In this document: piece after piece, positions 8,932 to 19,414 of the stretch
How positions within the stretch are numbered: position 1 is the stretch's first letter
Layout: each line of letters opens with the position of its first letter
NCBI GenBank assembly: GCA_947626145.1
Contig: CANQRB010000006.1
Coordinates: 11 to 64,010 of the forward strand
Reading direction: 5' to 3'
Length of the DNA: 64,000 nt
Origin: an uncultured Clostridia bacterium
Lineage (GTDB): Bacteria > Bacillota > Clostridia > UMGS1883
Program-made: the position numbers and the translations under genes
The notes under the pieces: model-generated
What the model was told of the DNA's origin: nothing
Seen by the model: only the letters and a program-made list of their open reading frames with translations
The model's database searches: none

Positions 8932-10845
8932 ATGGCTTCACTATTAATGGCCAACGGCGTGTCAAAATCCTTCGGCGAGCGCGTGCTCTTCAAAGACCTG
9001 ACATTTACCGTTGACGAAAATTCAAAAATAGGCTTCATCGGCGCCAACGGAGCGGGGAAAACGACCCTGCTCCGGATGCTGATGGGGCAGGAGGACTACG
9101 AGGGCAGCTTCGTGAAGAACAGCCTGCTCAAGCTGGGCTACATGGAGCAGACCGCAGCGGCGGACGAAAACGTCACCGCCTACGATTACACCCTGAGCGT
9201 GTTCTCGCGGCTGCTGGACATCGAGTCCGAGCTGGCCGACATACACCGCCGCATAGAGGAAAAGCGCGGCGACATAGACTCCCTCGTCAAGCGGCAGGAC
9301 GCCCTTAACGGCGAATACTTCCGGGGCGAGGGCATGGTTTTTCGGGCAAAGACCCGTTCCATGCTGCTGGGTCTCGGCTTCCGCGAGGAGGAGCTCTCTC
9401 ACCCGCTGAACCGGCTTTCCGGCGGACAGCGCACCCGGCTCGGTCTGGCACGGACGCTGCTCTCCGACGCAAATCTGCTGCTGCTGGACGAGCCGACCAA
9501 CCATCTGGACTTTGAGGCCTCCGCCTTTCTGGAGGACTTTTTGACAAATTACAACCGGGCCTTTATCGTGATCAGTCACGACCGCTATTTTCTGGACAAG
9601 GTAACCACCTCCACGCTGGAGCTGGAAAACGGACATATCACCGGCTACACCGGCAGTTATTCGGAGTATATGAAGAAAAAGGCCGAAGTTCGGGAGGCCG
9701 CCCGCCGCAGGTACGACAACACCGTGGCGGAGATAAAGCGCATCGAGGGCATGATCGAGCAGCAGAAGCGCTGGAACCAGGAGCGGAATTACAAGATAAT
9801 CGCCAACAAGCAGAAATCCATCGACCGCCTTGAGGAAACTCTGGAAAAGCCGGAGGAAACCGGGGCCGGTCTGCGATTCCGCTTCCCGCCCGCCCAGCGC
9901 AGCGGCGACGACGTGCTCTTTGTCGAGGGGCTGGCCAAATCCTACGGGAACAAAAAGCTCTTCGAGAACGCCGGCTTTGAGATAAAGCGTGGCGACCGGG
10001 TGTTCCTGCTGGGGCCAAACGGCTGCGGCAAGTCCACCCTCTACGGCATAATCAAGGGCACCGTCACTCCCGACCGCGGCTCCGTCCGCCGGGGAGTGAA
10101 GCTGAAGGAGGCATATTACGATCAGGACCGCAGCGACCTGAGCGGCACAAAAACCGTTTTGGATGAGCTTTGGGACGACTACCCGAGAATGGTGCTCTCC
10201 GAGGTGCGTGGGGCGCTGGCGGCCTTCCTCTTCCGCGACGACGACGTGCTCAAGACCGTTGACAAGCTCAGCGGCGGCGAAAAAGCAAGGCTGGCCCTGT
10301 TGACGGTGATGCTCCGCGGAGCTAACTTTCTGCTGCTGGACGAGCCCACCAATCACCTGGACATTCCCGCCCGGGAGGCGCTGGAGCAGGCCATAGAGGA
10401 CTTCGAAGGCACGGTGTTCATCATCAGCCACGACCGGTATCTGATAAACAAGCTGGCCACAAAAATGCTCGTCTTTGAGGACGGCACCGTCCGGCCCTAC
10501 GACTTCAATTATGATGAGTACATGGCCTACCGCGCCGCCCGCCGGACAGAAGCTCCCCAATCCGACGCTCCGGAGGAGAAGCCTCCGGTCAACGACTATC
10601 GGCGGCAAAAGGAGCAGCAGAGCGCCGTCCGCCGGCAGGAGGGAAAGATACGCCACCTCGAGGAGGCCGTCACCGCCGGAGAAGCCGAGGTAGACCGGCT
10701 AAACGGCGAGATAAACGCCGCCGGCAGCGACTTTGAGAAGATAATCGAGCTCAGCGCCGCCCTTAAGTCCGCCGAGGAAAGCCTTGAGGAACTGATGGCC
10801 CAATGGGAACAGGCCACGGAGGAGCTGGAAGGGATGAAAAATTAG
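8932..10845 (+). CDS. ABC-F family ATPase (translation factor / ribosome-protection type)
   Basis: 637 aa from ATG 8932. Two ABC cassettes (GANGAGKTT/LSGGQRTR and GPNGCGKST/LSGGEKAR), no TM domain, and a C-terminal coiled coil. Confidence 0.9.
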   Translation: MASLLMANGVSKSFGERVLFKDLTFTVDENSKIGFIGANGAGKTTLLRMLMGQEDYEGSFVKNSLLKLGYMEQTAAADENVTAYDYTLSVFSRLLDIESELADIHRRIEEKRGDIDSLVKRQDALNGEYFRGEGMVFRAKTRSMLLGLGFREEELSHPLNRLSGGQRTRLGLARTLLSDANLLLLDEPTNHLDFEASAFLEDFLTNYNRAFIVISHDRYFLDKVTTSTLELENGHITGYTGSYSEYMKKKAEVREAARRRYDNTVAEIKRIEGMIEQQKRWNQERNYKIIANKQKSIDRLEETLEKPEETGAGLRFRFPPAQRSGDDVLFVEGLAKSYGNKKLFENAGFEIKRGDRVFLLGPNGCGKSTLYGIIKGTVTPDRGSVRRGVKLKEAYYDQDRSDLSGTKTVLDELWDDYPRMVLSEVRGALAAFLFRDDDVLKTVDKLSGGEKARLALLTVMLRGANFLLLDEPTNHLDIPAREALEQAIEDFEGTVFIISHDRYLINKLATKMLVFEDGTVRPYDFNYDEYMAYRAARRTEAPQSDAPEEKPPVNDYRRQKEQQSAVRRQEGKIRHLEEAVTAGEAEVDRLNGEINAAGSDFEKIIELSAALKSAEESLEELMAQWEQATEELEGMKN

Positions 10846-10890
10846 GAATGAAGCGAAAAATTAGAAATTAGGAATGAGGAATTAGGAATA
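10838..10890 (+). repeat. Heptamer-array half element (AATTAGG/AATGAGG units)
   Basis: ATTAGGAATGAGGAATTAGGAATACTGACGGGGCAG is near-identical to the reverse complement of 33601-33645. Confidence 0.75.
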
Positions 10891-10914
10891 CTGACGGGGC
10901 AGCTAATTTGGAGT

Positions 10915-11170
10915 AACGCCGCGCAACGGCTACACCTCATCAGTCGGCCTACGCCGACAGCTTCCCCTCCAGGGGAAGCCTTGACCGTGTAACAGTTACA
11001 AACTTTGGTAACAACGACAAAGAAAAAGCCTTCCCCTCCGAGGGGAAGGTGGCACGAAGTGCCGGATGAGGTGTAGGGATGCAAAGCATCCGTTATAAAT
11101 TGTTGAATTACAGTATAAGCAACGCCGCACAGATGCTGCACCTCATCAGTCGGCCCTACTCCCCTTTCCC
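10915..11170 (+). repeat. Mosaic multi-hairpin repeat, copy 2 (about 1.5 units)
   Basis: A partial unit (10915-10980) is followed by a TTGTCGTTGTTAC-type linker and a nearly full unit (11027-11160). These are the same hairpin modules as at 69-221 and 53547-53697. Confidence 0.8.
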
Positions 11171-11205
11171 GCAGAGCAAATCTTTTCCTTTAGCACAAAT
11201 TTTTA

Positions 11206-11234
11206 TTGCTTTTTTCACAGATTTATGGTATAAT
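11206..11234 (+). promoter_or_regulatory. Putative sigma-A promoter for uppP
   Basis: TTGCTT, 17-bp spacer, TGgTATAAT (extended -10), ~35 nt upstream of ATG 11268. Confidence 0.55.
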
Positions 11235-11267
11235 TAAACGTAAAATATTTTTCCGGAGGTTTACATA

Positions 11268-12101
11268 ATGACAATAATTAAAGCCATGATATTGGGCCTT
11301 ATCCAGGGCCTCAGCGAATTCCTCCCCATATCCAGCTCCGGCCATCTGGCCATAGCGGGCCGACTGATGGGCATGGATCCGGAGGCGGACAGTCTGCTCT
11401 CCTTCAACATTCTGCTCCACGTCGCCACGCTGGCGGCGGTGTTCATCGTCTATTGGCAGGATATCTGGGGCATGATAAAGGGCTTTTTCGCCATGGTGAA
11501 GGATCTTTTCACCGGCAAGGGACTGGGCCTTGACAAGGACATTTACCGCCGTCTGGTGGCCATGCTGGTGGTGGGCACCCTCCCCGCCGTGGCCGCGGCC
11601 CTGCTCTTCGGCGACCTCATAGAAAATCCGCCCCTTTACGCCATCGGCATCTTCCTGCTCATCACCGCCCTTCTCCTCTTTCTCAGCGAAAAGCTGGGCG
11701 GCGGCAAGCGTGAGCTGGAGAGCATGACCCTCCGGGACTCTCTGGTAGTGGGTTGCTTCCAGGCGTTGGGCACCCTGCCCGGCATCAGCCGCAGCGGCAG
11801 CACCATCGTGGGCGGCCTGTTCGCCAAGCTGGACAAGAATACCGCCGTCCGTTTTTCGTTCCTGCTGTCCATACCGGCCATATTGGGCGCTCTGGTTCTC
11901 GATCTGAAGGACTTCGCCTCCGGCACGGCCTCAGTGGCCAGCCCCGCCTGCATAATCGCGGGTATGCTGGTGGCCGGCGTCAGCGGATATTTCGCCATCA
12001 AATTCCTGCTGAACATAGTGCGCAGGCACAGCCTCGGCATCTTTTCCGTTTACTGCGTTATCGCCGGTATCGTGGCGATAATCCTCAACTTTGCTATGTA
12101 A
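11268..12101 (+). CDS. uppP: Undecaprenyl-diphosphate phosphatase
   Basis: 277 aa multi-pass membrane protein. BacA/UppP motifs SEFLPISSSGHL and PGISRSGSTI are present. Confidence 0.92.
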   Translation: MTIIKAMILGLIQGLSEFLPISSSGHLAIAGRLMGMDPEADSLLSFNILLHVATLAAVFIVYWQDIWGMIKGFFAMVKDLFTGKGLGLDKDIYRRLVAMLVVGTLPAVAAALLFGDLIENPPLYAIGIFLLITALLLFLSEKLGGGKRELESMTLRDSLVVGCFQALGTLPGISRSGSTIVGGLFAKLDKNTAVRFSFLLSIPAILGALVLDLKDFASGTASVASPACIIAGMLVAGVSGYFAIKFLLNIVRRHSLGIFSVYCVIAGIVAIILNFAM

Positions 12102-12116
12102 AAGAGGTTTGACACA

Positions 12117-14798
12117 ATGGCAAAAGCAAATTCCGGCGGCAAGGGCCGTCAGCCCTCCCGCTCCTCCGCGGCCTCGTCCGCCCGAAAGACCAAGCCCCGA
12201 AAGGAGCTGCGGACGGACAGCGGCCTCAGCGAGAAAACCCTCAAGGAAATACACTGCATAATCTTCATATTTGTGTGCTTCATGCTGGCCATGAGCTATT
12301 ATACGCCGTTTTTCGGCATTGTCGGCAGTGTCATACGCAATATAGGTCTGTTCCTGTTGGGGAACACGGCCTTTGCCCTGCCGGTGCTGGCGGCGGCGGC
12401 AGGAGTGCATATGCTGCTTAAGAATACGCTCCACCCCCACGTTCACCGATACGTGGCGGCCCTGCTGCTCTGCGTGTGCATCAGCGGCCTGCTGGCGGTG
12501 CGGCTGTACAATCAGAATCCCACCTTCTTCGGCGACGGCTACACCCAGACCGAAATCGCCAAGGCAAAGGAGCTCTATCCCGAAATGAGCGCCCAGCAAA
12601 ACCTGACCCTTGGACAGGTACTTTCCAACATGGTGATCTCCGCCCGCGAGGGCAAGGGAGGCGGCATATTGGGCTATCTGGCGGCGATAATCTTTATACG
12701 CCTCATTTCTCCGGTGGGCACAACGCTGCTGTTCTGGGCCCTGATACTGGTCTTTGCCGTGGTAATAACGGGCACGACGCCCTTCATAAAGCTGGCGGAA
12801 TGTCTGGACAACTGGATAGAGGAACGGAAAAACGCCGCTCCCGACGAGGACGGGCCGGAAAGGGAATCTCAGATAAGTCTGGCGGACTTCGCCGAGCCCC
12901 CGCCCGTTGACTACGGCCCCACTCCCGTGCCCCGGCGCAGGATGGCCGCTTCCGTTCCCGAACAGGAAAAGCCCGACCTTCTCACCCGGCTGCGGCTGAA
13001 GCTGGCCGCCGGCAAAAGCCGGAACAAAAAGAAGAAAAAGGCCGCCGTTCCCGCGGAAAAGCCCGTAAAGGAAAAATCCGCCAACAAAAAAAGCTCCTCC
13101 TCTACCCGTAAGCTGAAGCCTCAGGTAGTGAAGCCGGAGCTGAATGACGGAAACACCGGCGGCGATGCTGTTGCAGATGATATTAAGATAAGCCTGTTCG
13201 ACGCCCGGCCGGACAGCGATGTACCTCCCGAGGTGGCCGAAATGGCAAAGGCCGAAAGCGGCGCGGTCGAGGCTCCGGTCAAGACGGAAAAGCCCAAGGC
13301 CGAGCCTGCCATCCCCGTCACCGACGACGAGATAGACGACAGCTTTATTCCTTACAGGTTCCCGCCGGTCAGCCTGCTGGGCAGGGACAAGCCCACAAAG
13401 GACAATACCTCCGAGGAGGATGTGCGCAAAATGGGCCAAAAGCTCATCGACACCCTCCGCTCCTTCGGCGTCGAGGCAAAAATCACCGAGATTATCAAGG
13501 GACCGTCAATAACACGGTTTGAGATAGCCCCCGCCGCCGGAGTCAAGGTCAACAAGATAGTCAACCTTTCCAACGATATAGCCCTCAACCTTGCGGCCGT
13601 GTCCGTACGTGTGATAGCGCCCATTCCCGGCAAGGCCGCCGTTGGCATCGAGCTGCCCAACAAAAAGGCTTCCACGGTCAGAATGAGGGACATTATAGAC
13701 ACGGAGGAATTCCGCAGCTTCAAGAGCAAAACCGCTTTTGCCCTTGGCAAGGATATAAGCGGCAAGGTGCGCATAGCCGACATCTCAAAAATGCCCCATA
13801 TGCTCATAGCCGGCGCCACCGGCAGCGGTAAGTCCGTGTGCCTTAACACGCTCATCATCAGCATAATTTACAAGGCTGACCCCAACGAGGTCAAGCTCAT
13901 AATGATAGACCCCAAGAGGGTTGAATTTCAGGGCTACAACGGCATACCCCACCTGCTCATACCCGTGGTCACCGACCCGCGGCGGGCGGCGGGGGCTCTG
14001 AACTGGGCCGTGCAGGAGATGATCAAGCGGTACAAGCTCTTTGCCGACAACAACGTCCGCAACCTTCAGAGCTACAACGAGCTGGCCGCCGTCAACGGCG
14101 AACGCAAGCTGGAACAGATAATCATTATCGTGGACGAGCTGGCCGACCTGATGATGGTTTGTGCCAAGGAGGTTGAGGACAGCATCTGCCGTCTGGCTCA
14201 GATGGCCCGGGCGGCGGGTATGTACCTTGTCATCGCCACCCAGCGGCCTTCGGTAGACGTCATTACGGGCCTCATAAAGGCCAATATCCCCAGCCGCCTT
14301 GCACTTGTGGTGTCAAACCAGATAGACAGCCGCACCATACTTGATATGGCCGGAGCGGAAAAGCTGCTGGGCAAGGGCGATATGCTCTTCCTGCCGGTGG
14401 GGGCCAACACCCCCATCCGAATTCAGGGCGCTTATTTAACCGATCCGGAAATCAACGCCATAGTGGAATACATCAAGCAGGATTTCAACGCCAAATACGA
14501 TGAGGACATAATCGAGCACATTGAGCGCGGCGCCGACGACGGCGGCCGCGAGGAGGACAGCGGCGAGGCTGACGAGATGCTGCCAGCCGCCATACAGGCC
14601 GTGGTGGAGGCCGGACAGGCCAGCGCCAGCCTGCTCCAGCGGCGGCTGAAGGTGGGCTACGCCCGGGCGGGCCGCCTCATCGACCAGCTTGAAGAGCGGG
14701 GCATAATCGGCCCCCACGAGGGCAGCAAGCCCCGGGCCGTGTTAATGACCCGCACGGAATTTTTGGAGCTTCAGGCTCAGGGCAAAACCGACGAGTAA
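12117..14798 (+). CDS. ftsK: DNA translocase FtsK/SpoIIIE
   Basis: 893 aa. N-terminal TM helices, a Lys/Pro-rich linker, a motor domain with Walker A GATGSGKS, and a C-terminal gamma winged helix. Confidence 0.95.
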   Translation: MAKANSGGKGRQPSRSSAASSARKTKPRKELRTDSGLSEKTLKEIHCIIFIFVCFMLAMSYYTPFFGIVGSVIRNIGLFLLGNTAFALPVLAAAAGVHMLLKNTLHPHVHRYVAALLLCVCISGLLAVRLYNQNPTFFGDGYTQTEIAKAKELYPEMSAQQNLTLGQVLSNMVISAREGKGGGILGYLAAIIFIRLISPVGTTLLFWALILVFAVVITGTTPFIKLAECLDNWIEERKNAAPDEDGPERESQISLADFAEPPPVDYGPTPVPRRRMAASVPEQEKPDLLTRLRLKLAAGKSRNKKKKKAAVPAEKPVKEKSANKKSSSSTRKLKPQVVKPELNDGNTGGDAVADDIKISLFDARPDSDVPPEVAEMAKAESGAVEAPVKTEKPKAEPAIPVTDDEIDDSFIPYRFPPVSLLGRDKPTKDNTSEEDVRKMGQKLIDTLRSFGVEAKITEIIKGPSITRFEIAPAAGVKVNKIVNLSNDIALNLAAVSVRVIAPIPGKAAVGIELPNKKASTVRMRDIIDTEEFRSFKSKTAFALGKDISGKVRIADISKMPHMLIAGATGSGKSVCLNTLIISIIYKADPNEVKLIMIDPKRVEFQGYNGIPHLLIPVVTDPRRAAGALNWAVQEMIKRYKLFADNNVRNLQSYNELAAVNGERKLEQIIIIVDELADLMMVCAKEVEDSICRLAQMARAAGMYLVIATQRPSVDVITGLIKANIPSRLALVVSNQIDSRTILDMAGAEKLLGKGDMLFLPVGANTPIRIQGAYLTDPEINAIVEYIKQDFNAKYDEDIIEHIERGADDGGREEDSGEADEMLPAAIQAVVEAGQASASLLQRRLKVGYARAGRLIDQLEERGIIGPHEGSKPRAVLMTRTEFLELQAQGKTDE

Positions 14799-14851
14799 AA
14801 GCTCTCAAAACATATATAATTTTAAAATTTTATAAAAAAGGAGTCCTGATC

Positions 14852-15325
14852 ATGACCGAATACACCGCCGCAAGCACCACCCTGTCCCAGGTTCTGACCG
14901 TTCTTGGGATAACTTTGGGTACAGTAGTTATGGCCTGTCTCGCCTACTACATCATCAAGGTAATAGCCCACTGGCGCATTTTTTCCAAGGCCGGCGAGCC
15001 GGGCTGGAAAAGCCTTATACCCATTTACAACAATTACATAAGCTACAAGATAGCCTGGCATCCTGCCTTCTTCTGGATAGGCATCGCCGCCACCTTCTTC
15101 TCCTCGGTTCTCTACACCTACGGCGTTGACAACGAAAATTCCATTTTTCTGGCGATAAGCTCGGTAATGATGATCGCGGCCGCCCTTATCAGCCTTGTTC
15201 AGATATACAAGCTGGCCAGGGCCTTCGGGCACGGCGTACCCTTCATGCTGGGCCTCCTCTTCCTCAATCCCATTTTTATCCTGATCTTGGGCCTCGGCGG
15301 GTCAAAGTATCAGGGCAGAGATTGA
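14852..15325 (+). CDS. Small multi-pass membrane protein (DUF5684-like)
   Basis: 157 aa and hydrophobic. The motif IFSKAGEPGWKSLIPIYNNY resembles that family. The family assignment is from memory and has not been searched. Confidence 0.6.
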   Translation: MTEYTAASTTLSQVLTVLGITLGTVVMACLAYYIIKVIAHWRIFSKAGEPGWKSLIPIYNNYISYKIAWHPAFFWIGIAATFFSSVLYTYGVDNENSIFLAISSVMMIAAALISLVQIYKLARAFGHGVPFMLGLLFLNPIFILILGLGGSKYQGRD

Positions 15326-15339
15326 AAAACATCGCACAC

Positions 15340-15377
15340 AAAAGGGGGCCGTCCCAACAAGTGGGACGGCCCCTTTT
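15340..15377. terminator. Bidirectional intrinsic terminator (ends the + strand membrane-protein gene and rnpB)
   Basis: A 13-bp GC stem GGGGGCCGTCCCA/GTGGGACGGCCCC is flanked by an A-tract and a T-tract. Confidence 0.8.
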
Positions 15378-15713
<336 letters not shown>

Positions 15714-15720
15714 AGGAAAT

Positions 15721-15749
15721 ATTATAGCACACCGGCCGGAATTTGTCAA
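15721..15749 (-). promoter_or_regulatory. Consensus sigma-A promoter for rnpB
   Basis: Minus strand reads TTGACA, 17-bp spacer, TATAAT. A G lies 7 nt downstream at the start of P1. Confidence 0.75.
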
Positions 15750-15804
15750 GCCCCGCTTCAATTTAACATTGATTCTTTAAATTCATAACGGGCAATATAA
15801 AATC

Positions 15805-16090
15805 GGGCTGTTCAAAAAAATCGTGCAGAACGGACGAAAATCAGCCCGCGCAAGCGGCCCCTGCCGCCGAGCAGGCCCTCCCGACGGCGTACACAGGTAC
15901 GCCGAGCGGTGATTTTCGTTCGTAGTTCAAGGGCATAAAATACAAAGAAAAACCGTCTTTTTGCAAGAAAAAGACGGTTTTTCCACATTATTCATATTTT
16001 TGATTTCATTACATGGTTTATCAACATATGAATTTGGCTTAAATAAAGGCTTCCTGCCCTTGAACGGTCTGCGCCATTTTTTTACAGCCC
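15805..16090. repeat. ~285-bp TIR-bounded structured element (MITE-like), copy 1, directly downstream of rplQ
   Basis: ~85-90% identical by eye to 37110-37392. The imperfect ~30-bp terminal inverted repeats are GGGCTGTtcAAAAAAATCGTGCAGAACGG and CCGTTCAAG..GGCGCCATTTTTTTACAGCCC. It also has an internal 15-bp stem (15828-15843/15910-15928) and a terminator hairpin. Confidence 0.8.
15948..15982. terminator. Bidirectional intrinsic terminator inside the TIR element (likely terminates the alpha operon after rplQ)
   Basis: AAAAACCGTCTTTTT-GCAAG-AAAAAGACGGTTTTT is a perfect 15-bp stem with A/T tracts. Confidence 0.8.
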
Positions 16091-16095
16091 TGAAA

Positions 16096-16440
16096 TCAGT
16101 CCACGAGCTTGATAATAGCCATGGGAGCGCAGTCGCCCCGGCGAACGCCGGTCTTTATTATCTGCGTGTAGCCGCCCTGGCGCTCCGCATACTTGGGAGC
16201 CAGCTCATCGAACACCTTTTTGACTACGTCCTCCTTGGTAATGAACGCAAGGGCCTGACGGCGCGCATGAAGGTTGCCCCTCTTACCGAGAGTGATCATA
16301 TTCTCAGCCAGGGCGCGGACCTCCTTCGCGCGGGTCACGGTTGTTTCGATTTTGCCGTTGTCCAGGAGAGCCGTTACCATGCCGCGGAGCATAGCCATTC
16401 TGTGGTCGGTGGTGCGACCGAGCTTTCTTGTTCCAGCCAT
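16096..16440 (-). CDS. rplQ: 50S ribosomal protein L17
   Basis: 114 aa with L17-like sequence, in the terminal position of the alpha operon after rpoA. Confidence 0.97.
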   Translation of the reverse strand: MAGTRKLGRTTDHRMAMLRGMVTALLDNGKIETTVTRAKEVRALAENMITLGKRGNLHARRQALAFITKEDVVKKVFDELAPKYAERQGGYTQIIKTGVRRGDCAPMAIIKLVD

Positions 16441-16507
16441 TGATAATTCCTCCTATAACGGGTCAAAAGACCGCAGTTGATTTTTACCTGATGATTTGAG
16501 CTTGACC

Positions 16508-17464
16508 TCAGTCTTCTTCGGGAGCGAAGCTCAGGCCCAAATTCTGGAGCTTGTTGCAAACCTCGTCCAGAGATTTGCGGCCCAGGTTGCGGACCTTCAT
16601 CATTTCCTCTTCTCTGCGCTGGGTCAGATCCTCAACAGTGTTGATACCTGCGCGCTTCAAGCAGTTGTAGGAACGGACGGAAAGATCCAGCTCCTCGATG
16701 GTCATTTCGAGTACCTTCTCCTTCTTGGTCTCTTCCTTTTCAACCATTGTTTCTACGTTCATGGCCTCGTCGGTGAGCTGGATGAAGAGCATCATATGGT
16801 CGTTGATGATCTTGGCCGCAAGGCTGATGGCGTCATCAGCAGACTTGGTGCCGTTGGTCCAGACCTCGACGGTGAGCTTGTCGTAGTCGGTATTCTGTCC
16901 CACACGGGTGTTCTCAACGGTGTAGTTCACCTTGTGGACAGGGGTATAAATGGAATCCACGGGTATGAGCCCGATGAGCGGCTGGCTGAGGGCTTTGTTT
17001 TTCTCGGCGGAGACATAGCCCCGGCCCTTGCCAACGGTGATTTCCATATAAAGCTTTGCGTCGTCGTTGAGGGTGGCGATGTGGTGGTCGCCGTTGATTA
17101 TCTCCATGTCGCTGTCGCACTTGATGTCCCGGGCACAGAGCTCACCGGCGCCCTCAGCCTCGATGTAAACGGTCTTGGGGCCGTCGTCGTGAAGCTTGAT
17201 TATCACCTGTTTGATATTCAGCACGATCTCGCTCACATCCTCCTTGACACCGGGAATTGTGGAGAATTCATGCTGGATGCCGTCGATCTTGATGGACGTT
17301 ATTGCCGCGCCCTCCAGTGAGGACAGCATCATTCTGCGAAGGGAATTTCCAAGGGTAGTGCCGTAGCCCCTCTGGAGAGGCGCGACGGTGTACTTGCCGT
17401 AGGAACCGTCCTCGCTTTGAGCGACGCGCTCAACGCGAGGCTTTTCAAATCTCAAATCTGTCAT
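16508..17464 (-). CDS. rpoA: DNA-directed RNA polymerase subunit alpha
   Basis: 318 aa with conserved NTD and CTD ([20 protein letters not shown]). Confidence 0.98.
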   Translation of the reverse strand: MTDLRFEKPRVERVAQSEDGSYGKYTVAPLQRGYGTTLGNSLRRMMLSSLEGAAITSIKIDGIQHEFSTIPGVKEDVSEIVLNIKQVIIKLHDDGPKTVYIEAEGAGELCARDIKCDSDMEIINGDHHIATLNDDAKLYMEITVGKGRGYVSAEKNKALSQPLIGLIPVDSIYTPVHKVNYTVENTRVGQNTDYDKLTVEVWTNGTKSADDAISLAAKIINDHMMLFIQLTDEAMNVETMVEKEETKKEKVLEMTIEELDLSVRSYNCLKRAGINTVEDLTQRREEEMMKVRNLGRKSLDEVCNKLQNLGLSFAPEED

Positions 17465-17520
17465 AGTTAAACCCTCCTATTCAATTTACTGGATGTGAAT
17501 AAGTTGACCGAGGGAGCCTA

Positions 17521-18114
17521 TTACTTAGAATACAACTCGACGATAAGCGTTTCGTTGATCTCAAAGTCAATGTCGTCTCTCTTGGGTACGTCGGCGACAG
17601 TGGCGGTGAGATTGTTCTTGTCCATGCTGAGCCACTTGGGAACAGTACGGGTGGAATTTGCTTCTACGATGTCCTTCATCCAATCGGCCGTGGCGGTCTT
17701 TTCCCGAAGGGAGATGACCTGGCCGGGTTTAACCAGATAAGAGGGGATGTTCACGCGCTTGCCGTTGACCTGCACGTGGCCGTGGGTAACTATCTGACGG
17801 GCCTGACGGCGGGTGTCGGCCAGACCGAGACGGAAAATAACGTTGTCAAGTCTGCTTTCGAGGATAGAGAGCAGGTTTTCACCGGTAATGCCCTCTTTTT
17901 TTTCAGCCAGCTCGAAGTACTTTCTGAACTGCTTCTCGAGAACGCCGTAGATGAACTTGGCCTTCTGCTTCTCGTTGAGCTGAAGTCCGTACTCGGACTG
18001 CTTTCTCCTCTGGGGACCGGGATTGCGCTTGCTCTTCTTGTCGATGCCCATAACGGCGGGCTCAATGCCCAAAGTTCTGCACCGCTTGAGAACGGGCTGC
18101 ATATTTTTTGCCAT
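17521..18114 (-). CDS. rpsD: 30S ribosomal protein S4
   Basis: 197 aa; S4 N-terminal region plus S4 RNA-binding domain; operon position. Confidence 0.97.
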   Translation of the reverse strand: MAKNMQPVLKRCRTLGIEPAVMGIDKKSKRNPGPQRRKQSEYGLQLNEKQKAKFIYGVLEKQFRKYFELAEKKEGITGENLLSILESRLDNVIFRLGLADTRRQARQIVTHGHVQVNGKRVNIPSYLVKPGQVISLREKTATADWMKDIVEANSTRTVPKWLSMDKNNLTATVADVPKRDDIDFEINETLIVELYSK

Positions 18115-18135
18115 TGCGGTAACCTCCTTCTAAAA

Positions 18136-18531
18136 TCAGACTCTTCTTCTCTTGGGGGGACGGCAACCATTGTGAGCAATGGGAGTCACGTCCTTGATAA
18201 GAGTTACTTCAAGACCTGCCGCCTGAAGGGCACGGATAGCGGCTTCACGGCCGGCGCCGGGGCCCTTTACAAAAACCTCGACGGTCTTGAGGCCGTGTTC
18301 CATAGCGGCCTTGGCCGCTGTTTCGGCGGCTGTCTGAGCCGCGAAGGGAGTGCTCTTTTTGCTGCCGCGGAAGCCGAGGCCGCCCGCGCTGGCCCAGGAA
18401 AGAGCGTTGCCGTTAACGTCGGTGATGGTCACGATGGTGTTGTTGAAGGTGCTGCGGATATGCGCGGCGCCCCGTTCGATATTCTTGCGCTCTCTGCGCT
18501 TGCGAACTGTTCTCCTGACTGTCTTAGCCAT
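18136..18531 (-). CDS. rpsK: 30S ribosomal protein S11
   Basis: 131 aa; S11 sequence ([16 protein letters not shown]). Confidence 0.97.
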   Translation of the reverse strand: MAKTVRRTVRKRRERKNIERGAAHIRSTFNNTIVTITDVNGNALSWASAGGLGFRGSKKSTPFAAQTAAETAAKAAMEHGLKTVEVFVKGPGAGREAAIRALQAAGLEVTLIKDVTPIAHNGCRPPKRRRV

Positions 18532-18543
18532 ACTCTCTCCTCC

Positions 18544-18912
18544 TTACTTCTTCTTATTTGCGATTGTGCGCTTGGGTCCCTTGCGGGTCCGAGCGTTTGT
18601 CTTTGTTCTCTGGCCACGGCAGGGCAGGCCCTTTCTGTGGCGGGATCCGCGGTAGGAACCGATTTCTATAAGACGCTTGATGTCAAGCGCCACGTTTCTG
18701 CGAAGGTCGCCCTCAACAACATATTCCTTGTCGATGGCTTCACGGAGCTTCGCAACGTCGTCTTCCGTAAGATCTTTTACGCGGGTATCGGGGTTGATAC
18801 CGGTTTCTGCAAGGATTTTATTCGCACTGCTTCTGCCTATTCCGTAAACGTAGGTGAGACCGATCTCAACACGCTTTTCACGGGGCAAATCAACACCGGC
18901 TATTCTTGCCAT
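18544..18912 (-). CDS. rpsM: 30S ribosomal protein S13
   Basis: 122 aa; [15 protein letters not shown]-terminus. Confidence 0.97.
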   Translation of the reverse strand: MARIAGVDLPREKRVEIGLTYVYGIGRSSANKILAETGINPDTRVKDLTEDDVAKLREAIDKEYVVEGDLRRNVALDIKRLIEIGSYRGSRHRKGLPCRGQRTKTNARTRKGPKRTIANKKK

Positions 18913-19038
18913 CCTTTAATACACCTCCAAAAATTTGTAAAAACATTTTTTATTGGTTTTTATAGGGTAGATGATGCGCGTTTTGGGCAGCCGACGGAGG
19001 GTTTTCCGGCGGCTTCAGCCGCGCCCGCAGCGAATTGA

Positions 19039-19152
19039 TCAGCCCTGCTTCTGCTTATGCTTGGGATTTTCACAGATCACCATGATTCTGCCTTTTCTCT
19101 TGATGATCTTGCATTTTTCGCAAATGGGTTTTACAGAGGGTCTTACCTTCAT
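19039..19152 (-). CDS. rpmJ: 50S ribosomal protein L36 (zinc form)
   Basis: Not in the ORF track because it is under 60 aa. The minus strand translates to [37 protein letters not shown]. It lies between infA and rpsM. Confidence 0.93.
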   Translation of the reverse strand: MKVRPSVKPICEKCKIIKRKGRIMVICENPKHKQKQG

Positions 19153-19195
19153 ATAAAATTACCTCCTAAATTTCACTTTCCGTGAAACGAATTGT

Positions 19196-19414
19196 TTATT
19201 TTGCTCTCCATGTGATCCTTCCGCGGGTCAGGTCATAGGGCGAAACCTCCACGGTGACCTTGTCGCCGGGTAAGATCCTGATAAAGTTCATACGGAGCTT
19301 GCCTGAAATGTGGGCCAGTATGCGGTGGCCGTTGGGCAGCTCCACCTGAAACATGGCGTTGGGAAGAGCCTCCAGTACGGTACCTTCCAGCTCTATAGCA
19401 TCGTCCTTAGCCAA
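19196..19414 (-). CDS. infA: Translation initiation factor IF-1
   Basis: 72 aa; S1-like IF-1 sequence ([13 protein letters not shown]...). Confidence 0.97.
   Translation of the reverse strand: MAKDDAIELEGTVLEALPNAMFQVELPNGHRILAHISGKLRMNFIRILPGDKVTVEVSPYDLTRGRITWRAK

Noticed and set aside
10842-11141. 99-aa ORF on the minus strand in the ABC-F/uppP intergenic region.
   Set aside because: It lies entirely within the heptamer and hairpin repeats. Its reading frame is a by-product of palindromic repeat modules, and it has no SD or plausible start context.
69-11170. The repeats as a possible CRISPR array.
   Set aside because: The copies are tens of kb apart. They are internally palindromic and of unequal length, with no regular repeat-spacer periodicity and no cas genes.
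15800-16095. Target-site duplications flanking the TIR elements.
   Set aside because: The flanks of both copies (..ATAAAATC | TGAAATC.. and ..GAGGCACG | TTATGTAT..) share no direct repeat at the junctions. Transposition is therefore not demonstrated.
15961-16443. The + strand ORFs 15961-16443 and 37364-38518 share an N-terminal peptide (NGLRHFFTAL).
   Set aside because: The shared peptide arises because both begin in the two copies of the TIR element. The remainder of each ORF is antisense to rplQ or ftsZ respectively.
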